This document shows, in pieces, positions 1 to 12,568 of a stretch of DNA of 64,000 nt. A model generated the notes under the pieces. The model was not told where the DNA came from. It did no database searches and saw only the letters and a program-made list of their open reading frames with translations. Made by a program: the position numbers and the translations under genes. The DNA is from Bugula neritina. Lineage: Eukaryota; Animalia; Bryozoa. Numbering within the stretch: position 1 is the stretch's first letter; the number at the start of each line of letters is the position of its first letter. The stretch spans positions 10,778,722 through 10,842,721 of the forward strand of contig OZ037766.1 in NCBI GenBank assembly GCA_964035545.1, given 5' to 3'.

Positions 1-1489
1 CTATTGTTTTATTTAGGCCAACCAACCTAGGAATACAAGATTGGGTTTTAGCTGACAGTTTATAACATTTAGCTTTTGAGCCAGCAGCACTGGCACTTGT
101 GAAGTATAGGCAAAGTTAGTGAAGCGAGACTAACAAGCACTCAAATACAAGGCATATTGAGACACAATAACAAGTCAGGAGCGTATAAATTGAAAAGAAT
201 GTGGAAGGGGGACTATGTTTTTCAACAAGCTATAACTTAAACATGAATTGGCTTTTGAAAAAAATAAAAAAGTATATTGGAGAACATAAGTTTCTTTATC
301 TTTTCATATTTTTTTTGTTCCTGTGACATTCAACCTGTTCGAGCTATCAGTGGAACATTGTTCATATAGAACATAAAGCACCTGGCAAAGAGCCAGAAAA
401 TGAAAAGTGTGACCTTAAACTAACTGTGTCCCATTAATGGCAAGAAAGTCAAAATGAAAAACATAGCATGGTGTCACGCATTGCCTACTGTCTTAATATC
501 AACTAGAGTCCATAATATCTTACTACACCTAGTAGTTATAGTGGTGAATCATGCTTCCATGTTATTGTCATAGTCAGCATCTTTATAATATAATATTTGC
601 ATAGTCCTTACTAAGCAGTTAATCTTCAGATTGCACAGTGTTATGCTAAAATTACTATTCTTAGTAGTTGTGCCTAATAAATATATTATATTATACGTAG
701 TGCATTATAAGCCAAAACCACCTTGTCACATATTAATACACTATATACCAACACACGTAAAATATAGCACCAACATAATTATTTAAAGTTAGCATCATTA
801 GAATATATAAAGCGATATACTAAGGGAAAGATGCTGAATGTACAACTTTAGATGTACATGTAAAGCTTTCACCCAGAACTTACAACACTTGTGTACTTTC
901 AAAAGAATACAGACCAGAGTCACTGCATAAAGTACTGCATAGAAACAAGGAAATTAGAAAGACATAAACCACAGTTGCTAAAAAAGTAGTGAGCAACAAG
1001 GAAGTTAACATACTTTAGTATTACAGAATAATGACAGAGTAGTATAGAAACAAACAGCATGCAGCAATCTTTCCAGCTATTAACTGTTGACTATCTTGTT
1101 AGCAAAACTTGGATCTCTCAATTATGGATTAATTTCTTACTATATTATGAAAACTCTCTGTTTGTTTGCCAAGTGCCTATATGCTAAATATTTCAGGGTC
1201 ACATGAAACGTAAAATTCAAACTACAAGGACAACTTGTAAATATGAGTAATCATGGGACTTGGGAATAATCTCTAAACTTATACGAAACTGCCAATATCA
1301 CTGAGGAGTTGTGTACTCATGTCTGTGTTGCTGTAGTCTCTTTGAATTCTGTTCGCTCTGCAAGTCATGAAAAGCCTGTGTATATTGGAACATATCGGAG
1401 AAAGACACTAGCTGTTACAATCAAAGCTACAGAAATAAAATCATGATGAAAAGCACTGGCGTAGCTGCTAATATATTGTTTTAATTGAG

Positions 1490-2000
1490 GGAGAGAGAGA
1501 GGGCAAGCATCTGTCAGGGTTGACAATGCATAGCATCTTCAGTGCTGGTGTCTTGCACGTCTAGTCATAGGCATCTTTATGTTGTTCTCTGAGTCGAATG
1601 TCTGTCTGACATGAAGGATTTGTCTCCATTTTGTCACAGGAAAGTGTGGTAAAGTTGTTAGAATTTATATAGAAGTACTTGAGATCTCGCTTTAAGACAT
1701 CTTTAAACCTTAGACAAGTTTTTCGCCATGAAGCAAGATGTGTGGAATGTGTGCTTTGGCATCCGGTTTAAGTGACCAGCCCAGGGAAGGCTGAGAAATT
1801 TCAGTTTTGAGGAAAGAGGACTTGAACCTGTGAGTTGAAAAACATCTTTACTTGTCCTCTTGTCTTTTCAGCTTTTGCCAATAATGTATCTTAAGCTTCT
1901 AGTGTGAAAAGCACTGAGTTTTGATTCTTGGCATAGATATGTTGCCCAAGTTTCTTATCCATAAAGAAGAATGCTGAGGACACACGTTTCATAGACCCTA
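1490..2000 (-). mobile_element. Degraded 3' fragment of an RTE-clade non-LTR retrotransposon
   Basis: Minus strand reads YETCVLSILLYG*ETWATY...KLSAFHTRSLRYIIGKS*KDK, then WAGHLNRMP...LHGE and RFKDVFKRDLK across frame breaks. This matches the RTE/BovB ORF C-terminal pattern (LLYGxETW...FH.R.LR...WxGH..RM). Internal stops present; ends approximate. Confidence 0.7.
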
Positions 2001-3042
2001 ACAAATGTTTTAATTAGGATTACAGAAACTTGCCAAAACAGCCCATTCCATTCACATTATGATTTTAACAACTGAAAGAGAACTTAATGATATGGAGAGA
2101 TTTTTAAGCTATACTTTTTAGGCGTGTTTTTACATCATAGACTTTTTGAGAAACTGCAATTAATGGTGTTGATTGGCGAAGAGATTCATAAGAAAAACTT
2201 GGTACGTTGCCAGCATTATTATTGGTCACATGAAAAATCACGTTAAAGGAGGGGCATGTTTAAAGTGTACCTAATATTTTAATTTTACTTATAAGTTAAG
2301 CTGTAGCAACTATGCTATACCAAATGCTAATAAGTATTATAAGCATGTAGAGCTTGAGTTTGACTTGAAAACAATTCAACAACATAATAGCCTTGTTTAG
2401 TTTATTAAAATATGCAGTGTAGTTAGTAGATGATAGACTTTATTTAGACATTCTGAGTAAGGATATTTCAACAGCCATGTGGTAAAGGTACAGTCTTTGG
2501 CTAGCCAAGTTAATGCTTTAGTTTTGAAATTACCAGCTGAAAAAATATTACTCAAAAAACATGGAATCAGAAGCATATAATATGATTCCCTCTTTTGTGG
2601 TCACAACTTGGACTATTTTAGTAAAACCAGGAAACAGTTTAATTATTTCATATAATCATAGAAAGAATTTATACTAAATACATTAAAAATAAAGTTGTTA
2701 TATGACTAAAAAATCGAGAATATATACAAATCTTTAGAGAAGCCATCAACTTATTCTAGCTTTGTTGTAAAATTTGGCTCATATGCATATCACATTGGAA
2801 TATAGGAGAAAACAATAGAAATGTAGCTGGAGTATAATATATAAAAGTATAAAATAAGTCACTTTGTAATATTATAAGAAATAGTAAAAGATAGAAATAT
2901 AAAAATACATGAGAATATTTCACACAAGTAAAACAACAGTCAGTACACTTTTATGTAGACATTATGCTAATATCAAGAGGATTGAATACAGAAAGTACTG
3001 CAACAGTGTAGTATTGAACGAGTGCTAAATGATTTCTGCGCT

Positions 3043-6000
3043 CTAATATTTAGAATATGTTCCGGAAACTTCCCCTTCTGTTGTTTTCTCTGAAACAGCC
3101 AGTTCCACATCTTGCTTATTGTTACTGCCAACTTCAAATAGAATCAAAAATAACAATATACGTACTAAAGAGAAAGATGTTAGTTTTGAAATGATGTACA
3201 CTTATATGTGAACAACCTTAGTAACTTACATAAGTCAAAATGGCACAGTAATTTCTTCACAAAAATAACTGAAAAGTAGCATTAAAATGCAAACTTTGTA
3301 GGCTTTAGTGAAGTTGAGTGTAAAAAGAATTCCCCCAAAGGCTCATTCTATTAAAGTCATAGCTTACTGCTTCAAAACTCAACATGATGTGAACACTGTC
3401 AACTTTTTTAATAATAAAAATAATTCAACAAATTTGTATGACTTGAAACTAGCATACTATATTGACAAAAAATACTGTTAATTTTATTAGCCAGCTCATT
3501 GAAGCTGTTAGTTATGGTAGACACAATCTGCACTCAAGAACCCATAATGTGATTTTATAAATAAGTGACTTTATGAATTTCTGCCTAAGTAAAAGTACAA
3601 AAATACAACTAAAACTTACATAAATTATACACCTGAATAAATACAAAGTTTATGCACCAAAAAAAGAATTGGTCTGATAAGAAACATTAAAGCTGCCGTC
3701 TAAATAAATAATATCAAAGTAAGATAAGATAATATTAGAAGAAAAACATTCCACTACTATAGATAGTTGACATTGCAGGGACGGAGTATAGACTTATGAC
3801 TAAGGTTTTAGCAGGCACTAAAGACTACAACTGCAAAGTAAATGTGAAAGTTTTGAATCATATTCTAAATCTCATGAACTGCCAATGCTAAATGATATAA
3901 GCAGCTCTGAGTTGGGAGGTGAATGAGTTGGGGGTTCCAAGTTGGGAATTCCAAGTTATACCCCCAACTCTATACTCGAGAATCGCAAACTACTGCACCC
4001 AATCACCCCCAGCTCTGAGCTGCTTATGGAACCATTCGACAATGGTTGCAAAATTTTGAAACTTGTACCATTACAAGTTCCCAGAGATCACTTTAATTAT
4101 GATGTATTATACAATTACAAAGATGATACAAATTTTATCTAGTTTTTACTGAAGCTAGGGTCTAAATAAGAAAAAAGTAATATTTCGGGTTGCAGGCTAA
4201 CTAGCAGCTGACTTGGATAAATTGCTATTTTTGACAGTACTAATCGATGGTGCAAGGCAGCAAACAGCTATTTTATTAGGCAATGTGCATAGGAGAATTA
4301 CTGAAGCAGTTGAGACAGAGCAAGCTCAAAGGTATCTAGAAAATAAGCAAGAAGGGAAAGACTATGGCAGTTGAGGCAAACAGCACAATTGGTACCTCAA
4401 GTTAGAAAGACGACATGTTAACTCCAGGTGCACTTTCAGTTAGATCTAAAATATTTACTATTCCTTACTCTCAAACACCTTCATAAACTCAAAAACTAGA
4501 TTACACATTTTGAAGTTGCACTCTCGTGAGATGGGAAACAAAATAAATTGTTTTCAAGCGCAAGCAGCAAGGAGATGGTACAGGGAAGTTGACTAGGAGA
4601 AGCAGCAACCCAAACACTGAAAGCCAAATTAAACTCTATTTAAAAGCTAATAATAAAGTTTGAAATAATTTCTATTCTAATTAAAACTTCACTGCAACCA
4701 GCAATTTACTATGAGTAATTTAAATTTTGAATGACTTGATAAAACATGCCCACTGAACTAAATTACAGTCCCGGTGTTTCTAATGACAAACAGAAAAGGG
4801 TAAAATTAGGAAATACAATGGTATATAATTTCTCAAAATTAGTTATATGCAGTTTATAGTGATACGCTTGATTCTAAGGTTTAATAATCATAAATAGATA
4901 CCTGATTCCTTTCGATCAGTGAAGGATATATAAACTTTAATTACTATGGCAGCTATCAAAAGGCAAACACCAAACATGACCGCCATAATTATGGTTCCAC
5001 TTACACCCTCAGATGAAGATTCTATTCGGTCACCTGTAAATCATACAGTAGGTCAAACATATACACTGTAAGGTGTATTTACATACTCTTTGGTTATAGG
5101 CAATCCACCACCCTCGGAGGTGAAACATTATCTTTAGTTACGGGCAATTTTTTGTGAAAAAATTGAACACCATGTAGCGTAGGCTATTTTTAATTTACTA
5201 GCTTCAATCTATTTAACAATGATGGTGACTTTAATTTCTCAGGACAAGGCCAGAGTGCAGCTAAAAGTAATCAGCAAATGTATATGTCAAAATTTGATAA
5301 CTTTAGTTTCAAATAATATTAAAAGTAAAACTCAGCTATAACATTTCCAACTAAGAATAATTTATTTAGATAGTGAAAGATTTGATATAAACACTTCCAC
5401 TTAACTAGGTTGCAGTGTCAATGAGGTTAATGACATACAAACCTTTGTTAAATGGCTAAATATATATTGTATATAACTTCTCAAAGTGTGGCAGTCAGTA
5501 ATATACTTGGTTCAAAGAATTATAAACACTGATAAATACCTGGTTTCTTTCTATAGGTAAATGTTAGATAAGCTTTAATTACTAGGAATGTTATCAAAAA
5601 GTATTCAACACTCTTGATATTAGCTACATAGTAGGTATTAACCGTTATATCAGTAAACAATATCACTGAGTATTATCAACAGGTTCTGTAATACTACCTA
5701 TTAAGTAACTTATAAGTATTGGATAAGCAGTAATAAATTAGAGTTATTTGACTTGTTTCATAATGTTGCAACTTTGTAACTTCATTCTAAAACCATTGAA
5801 CCATAGGTTACCTGCATCACATGCTAAAGTAGCTGTCAGGCAACATTAAGCTGTATTTTATTGGCCGTGTTTAAGAAACGGTAGATTTTATTTTTACAAT
5901 ATATTTCAAAAGTTGAGGAAATAAAAGCCTAGCTATATAATTATGTACAGAAGCAATGAGAATATGAGGGACAAACAAGCCTATTTAGAATCCTGAATTT

Positions 6001-8709
6001 TTGAGTAGTGAATGATTCATTTCCAACATGGTTATTCAAAAACATTACTTGCATTATTTTACAAAAAACACCAGAATTTTATGCTAATATTTTGTGATTC
6101 GTTGAATGTTATACTATGTTCTGTAACTTGACTGACGTTGACTGGAAAAGCAATGCTAGTATATTTCATAAGCTACAGCGAAAAAATGAGCAGGTGTACA
6201 AGACAAGCACAAGCATGACTAGAGTCTGCCTGTGTAAAACCCTAACCACCAACCTTTTGGGCCTACAGGTCTCACAACATCACATTTGGTGCTTGTTCCG
6301 GTGGACTCTACACTGGCAATACTGGTTGGAGTGAAGCTGACAGACCCCGAAGATGATATGCCATCGTACACTGTATCGGCACCATTAGCTGTAAAAATAT
6401 ATTACTTTGGTAAATGATTCGTAACAGAAAAAAGCCAGGGACTGATGCAGGGTTAGAAACTTTTGCTCTCTATTAAAAAACTGGCTCACAAGTGTAAGTT
6501 TATAGTTGCTATCACTGTGAGAAACCCCTATGGGAAAAGGTGTTTTAAAGAGGGATAATGTGGCACAGGAGCAATTATAACTGGATGCTCTTCTTAACAT
6601 CACCAATGGCCATAACTGAGGATTTAACCCATGACTTCAGATTTACTAAGCCAGTGCTCTCTATTAAAAACTCTAACTTAATTTACAACATTATATAATA
6701 TAATATGTGACAGTTTGCAAAAACTCATGCACATACACATATATAACTACTCACTTTTCTAAAAAATATATATAAACCATTATGAATGGTTTAAATTAAC
6801 TTGTGGTACCTGTCAACTGAACTAGTTTAGTCACCAGTGCAAGAAAATAAGAACTAACTATTTATTAAACTATTACACCCTGAATACCTTCATGTCGCAA
6901 CTCATTGACAACATGAGTTGCAATGAACCATAGTTGATGTTTCATAACAGAGTTTCTCAACACAGCGTTAGGTGTTAGTAAAGTTGTCAGGTCATAGTGA
7001 GTAGGTAAATATCTTTGATAATTCTGCTGAGTCATTTATTACAATAACAAGTGTGTATTTCAGCCAGGAGTCATTTGTGCAGTTTTATTCAGCTCATTCT
7101 TAATCAATAAGCATCAATGGCAAAACCATTGATTAATATCTAGGAATATATCAAGTTATTGTAGAGTACGTAACTTGTAAAAACAAATATAATTTAATTG
7201 TAAGACGTTGGCATTAAACCTACCAAATACTGGTGATATATGAAGTTCAAAGTTTTCTTTAGGTATTTGTATTTCCAAATTAGCATGAAATACATTCTCT
7301 TTAATGGTATTAGCATCAGTAGGCAAAAATACTTCTATTCCGTTTGATCCACATCCTGTCTACAAGAAGTGGATATCCACAATCAATTGAGCCTACAATG
7401 TCATAAGCTCACTACCACAACTAGTGCTCTTCTGTATGTTTGGACAAAGTAATTCTCCTAAATCAGGGGTGTCCAGCCTTTTCAGAGCAATGGGCCATTG
7501 AAACGGAATATTTCCTGGCTTGGGCCACATTGGAAAATTTAGCTCGCTCTGGGGGCCACAGCATCAGCATTTTTCAAATTACTGTATTCCAAATTCCTAT
7601 GAATCATTACACTATGAAATTCTAATAATCACTGCAGGCTGCATGTTTTGCAGAATGTACATAAATGTTACGTTTAAAATGTTGTTTTTCATTTCTAATT
7701 AATGTATGTGTGCAAAATAATTGTATTTGTTATGTCTTTGAGAACCACATAAATTTAGACTGGAGGCAGTTCTGTCCTAAATGTTTGTCAGCGTGCTGCC
7801 GATTTGCCGTATCAAGTACTTACCATATTAGCTGTGCAGGCATCAATGGCACTGCTACCAGTTTGGGTGACATTAATATCATCTAGTCTCAAACATCCTG
7901 ACCCCACAGTGACCATATACCCTCCCAGCAAATGGGTGTACTCAGTGTTGGTGAATATGGTTAACGAGAATGTTGAGAAAGTTGAATTATCGTCTACAGT
8001 TACTTGAGAATCATGACCTTCTCGCACTGATCTGGAGAAAGACACTGTGTAGCACAGCTTATCGGTGGAAGGAGGAGAGCAAACCTCAGTAACTGGAACA
8101 CAAGTAAACTGGTTGAAGCTGCAGTAATATTCTGATAGTTATTATTGGAAACTCTTAGTAGAAAACGCACATGACATCTATGAAAATCATTCAATGTAAC
8201 ACAAGATCAAGCATAGTTTAGCATAAAAATTTTATCATACAAAATAGTTGGGAATTGACTGATACATCATACAATGTTTTCCTTGTATTTAATTCAACAC
8301 AAAGTATACATAACAGAAAGCAGCAGAATTTTCAATAACAATATTTATGGCTTGACACTTGAGATTATGCAGATGTTCTACAATCTACATGAATATGATG
8401 TGTATGATATGATACATGATAACGAACAGCTCTAGAGATTTCAAACGAATCAACTTGAGATATTTAAAAAAAGAAAAAAAACTCGGTAGAGCATTTTAAC
8501 TACAATTTAAAATAGAAAAATAAAATATATAGAATTTATTAATATTTGCTAGATATAAATAGTCTAACACTATTTTAATCTGATATTATACATACATACT
8601 GTGACTTACCAGTAGTACAACTCACACAAGAAATCAATAAACCAAGAGCAATACAACCTAACATGCCAGAAAAGTGAGTTGGTTTAGCTACCAAATCCAT
8701 AGCCATCAT
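3043..8709 (-). CDS. Uncharacterised type-I single-pass membrane glycoprotein, 299 aa, 6 coding exons
   Basis: Exons (minus) 8610-8709, 7824-8131, 7224-7359, 6254-6388, 4902-5033, 3043-3131 join with GT-AG and compatible phases into 900 nt with no internal stop. Signal-peptide-like N-terminus (MLGCIALGLLISCVSC), 8 ectodomain Cys, sequons NST/NVT/NMT, TM segment TIIMAVMFGVCLLIAAIVIKVYISF, short acidic tail ending GTYSKY*. An acceptor just upstream of the ATG (8717) implies a non-coding first exon. Confidence 0.75.
3898..4026. mobile_element. Short palindromic MITE-like element (family also at 29408-29539)
   Basis: Inverted termini TAAGCAGCTCTGAGTTGGG...CCCAGCTCTGAGCTGCTTA; shares AAGCAG ends and internal CAAACTACTG with the copy at 29408. 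Confidence 0.55.
6495..6665 (-). mobile_element. tRNA-derived SINE copy (MetaSINE-like body), degraded
   Basis: Shares GGCACAGGAGCAATTATAACTGGATGCTCTTCTTAACATCACCAATGG and a degenerate B-box region with the copies near 22.2, 40.9 and 59.8 kb. Confidence 0.65.
7464..7560 (+). mobile_element. Probable 5' end of a hAT-type non-autonomous element (fragment)
   Basis: Begins CAGGGGTGTCCAGCCTTTT, a typical hAT/Charlie-like terminus, followed by repeated GGGCCA subterminal motifs. No matching right terminus found. Confidence 0.4.
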
Positions 8710-9904
8710 TTATGACCTGAAAATAAAATTTAAGCATGTAAACTGTTGTAAAATCTTCACACTTAGAGCCACAGTCTATGTTCTGCCGCTTTTATTACTG
8801 CACTCAAGAGATTTATTGTTTTAGTAATAAGGAATTTAGTAGCATTATAACACTTTTAGCTTCTAGTTAGTGTCTAAGCATTGTAGTTAGAACATTACAA
8901 TTGATCCAACAAAAAAGATATAAACAAACTAAATATTATGTTATGGCAAGACCCCTTATATAATTTCATCTTATAAATTCGATTCTGTCTCATAGAATTT
9001 GAGAGTGTGGGTGAAGCTGCTCATACTTTGAGTGTGACTACACCAACAATATATCAAGGTGAAGCTGCCCCTAGAGTTAGTTTTGCCAATACAAGAGCCT
9101 ACTCAAAATAATAACGATACCATTTATATGGATTACATAATAAGTGTACATTTTAATGACACTGAACAAAATTCATTTCTTATTAGGAATGTTTTAAAAC
9201 AAAGATTTATGTAAAAAGTTGAAAGAGAATGTCTAGACATTGGCCTAGCCTCAGTTTCGGAATAAAGAAACTTACACTAAGGCTTTTGTTAGAGAGATAG
9301 AAAATATTTTTTTGAAAAAGGTTAAATTTATTACAGTAAAAATTAACTACCAAAGGCACTGCGTATGATCTAGGTTACTTTTAGAACTTTTTGGTCAGAG
9401 TAACTTAGAGTTTTTTCGATCACTCAGACTTATGAATAAGACTTTTTTTACACATATTCACTGGCATCTAGCTACCAAAAAGCACTGTAAAGGTTTTTAC
9501 ATATGCATTAATAAAATGCACTAAATACAGCCTCCAGTGTTTTAGGAGCTGGTCAGGACTAATGGTCAAAGTTGGCTGAAAACTTTTAGCCAAAAATAAC
9601 TAAGTTTGCAGTGAAACTCACATGTCATAGTTGAGAATTATGAGTGCAACCAAGTATCCCAACCATTTCTATCCCCAATACATTGACACTCTTACTCATA
9701 CTTGCTTTAGAAAGATATTGATGCCCGTGTATGCATTGAATATGTATTAGGTTACATACTGTTAAAATTGCCCAAGGCTTTGCAAAAATAATATTGTTAA
9801 AACATACTAATATTTGTTAACTTCATGTGGCGTATTGGTATTACATAAAACAACAATAACTATATGAATTTTCAAAATTTTAATCAAGCAATTGTCTTGT
9901 TATT

Positions 9905-10700
9905 TTTTAGTAACTAATACAAAACTAATAGTAAAGTAATACTAATACTATTAGTATAGTATTAGTCTATTGCTATTAGTTTAGTGTTACTAAGTAATAC
10001 TAAGACTCATAGTTATAGTAGGTATAGAATTAGATATCACTATAAGTATGACTATTACTATGTCTATTAGTAGTAGACACTATTAGTATGACTATTAGTA
10101 TTATTATTAATATTATTATTCTATTAGTAATAGTAAATGTAATACAAAATAAAAATAATATCAATATTAATGATATTAATAATACTTATCATTATTTGAT
10201 TTAAAAGTATAACATTAACTTTGAGTGATTAAGTTTAACTAAAACTCTAAAAGTAAAAACTTGTAAGTTGTATGAATATAACTTCAAGCTTAACCGTAAA
10301 CGATAAAGTATAACTATAACTATAAGTATAAGCACTATTAGTATTAGTATTAGTATTAGTATTAGTATTACTATTACCATGTCTGTTACACTTTGACTTA
10401 CAGTACAAGTATTAGTATTACTATTAGTTTTGTATTACTAGTATTACTATTAGTATTAGTAATTACTAATTAATACTAATAGTAATAGTAATACTAATAG
10501 TAAATGTAATACTATTAGTATTAGTAAATTACTATTACAGTATTACTATTACAGTATTACTATTAGTATTAGTATTACTAGTATTAGTATTAGTAACTGT
10601 AATCACTGTAATGGTATATTACTGATCATTAGTTTATTACTATTACTATTACTAATAGATTTAGTTTTAGTTAAACTTAAAGTTAAAGTTTTACTTTTAG
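9905..10700. repeat. Degenerate TATTAG/TATTAC/TATAAG low-complexity tract
   Basis: Long 3/6-periodic run such as (GTATTA)n mixed with reverse-complement blocks (TAATAC, TAATAG). Confidence 0.8.
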
Positions 10701-12568
10701 ACGTGGGGATCGCGTGTAAAACTAAATCAAACTGCTTTACAGTTAACGAAGTGTAATATAAAAATAACATTAAATACAATTTACCATTAACCAAATTAAA
10801 ATCCTAAATAATTCTCATAACAATCATTGTCATTACAAAGTACAATTCGAATATCCAATTGATAATCAATATCGGTACTAAAAGGAAATCTAAATACGGG
10901 AAGTTTAAATATCAAAATAATTATAGAAACCAAAGCAACTGAACTAATATAGCCTTAGGTTGCGTAAAAAACAGCTACATAATAATAACATTATAATAAA
11001 TAATAACGAATCAATTTTTATTACTTATGGGACTGGTATGACCTCAAAAGGTTAAAGTTCACACTGTTTGAACTGTTGTGGAACTGTATAATTATTAAGT
11101 AGATAACTCTACTAAAGGGGTAGTACAACTGCCGTTTCATACTGTTCAAACATTTTCAAAAAAGAAAATGAAACCAGTCATATATGACACATTATTTCAC
11201 TGTAAAGCTAGTGAAGCTACTGACGACTAGCAACCAATAGTATTATCGATCATTAAAGCTACATTTTATGAGTATACTGTATCTCACTAGCTGCTTAGTT
11301 TAAATTAGGGACTTACATGTAGCTGGTAACTTGGGTCTTCTATGGAAAAATAATTAATGAATTGCAACAACTATAATTCTTAAATGAGAATGTAAGAAAA
11401 CCAATGAATCTAAAAAATCTTGTTTCTCAGAATTAACAACAACTTTTTACTGTATTAAAAGTTCCTACTTGTAAAATTGTGAGAGAAAACATCTGTACTC
11501 TATCATGCAGGTATTGGTTGATAGGCAAAATTGTTTAAAAATCTATTTAAGTTAAGATTTTTATTTAGGTGCACTAGTTACTCTAGGAATGAAGTTTGAG
11601 CATAGACTGACCTGCTCAAAGATGTTATACTGTATTTAGGAGTTTCATCTGCAACAATCGGCACCTATACGTTTGGCGGTACCTAGTTGTACACTTGTTA
11701 TATACTATGGTTTTTAGAGCCTAGTTTTAATTGGCTAGATTGTAGGAGAACTTCTTATCACCTATTACTTGAGTCTAATTGGCTACAAGTCTTACAGATT
11801 GTATTATTACAATAATGCTTTCTTTTGCCAGGGTGATGTATATATGTACTTTAACCCTTTGCCAAAGTTTTTCAATACAAATACCAAAAGTGATAGCAAT
11901 GAATGCCCTTAAAAGTTGCATGTATTTTAAAACTGCAATATTAACATAATTATGATTGAAAACAACTAATGCTCTAATTTATGCATGGGAGAATGTTTAT
12001 AAAAAACTAACCTATATTGGTGATAGTAACAGAAATTCAATGACCTAGAAACAAAATATGATGAAATTTATAATCCTGAGACAATATTAATTACTAGCAT
12101 TACTCAGTGTTTTAGTAATACATAACAGGATACAGTGAAAGCAAAGGCAATTGAAAGGCTGCAGTTGTATATGCCAAAAAAGCTAGCAACAAATTTATAG
12201 TTCGCTTTTAACAAATATCTTTCATAAAATGTACTATTATGCAGGTATTGATCAAGTTGCAATAATGTTAGTAGACAGCTTTTAATGAAACAAGCAAACA
12301 CAAAGATGGTAAATGAAAAAGAAGATATTACAATAACATTCCGAGTGGTTGCAAAAAAATTTGGCAATAATATAACATAGTGAGTTACAAGAATAACATG
12401 TACCTTGGTCATTTATTTGTAGTAACAAATAACAACAATTATTTAAAATCATGAAAATCTTTGATAAATATTTATTCGGTCACTACTCTACACTGTCACA
12501 TACAATACACACATGTATTTAAAAAAAACCTAATGCTCCTTTACTGTGTTTTGAGTGATAGAATCTTC

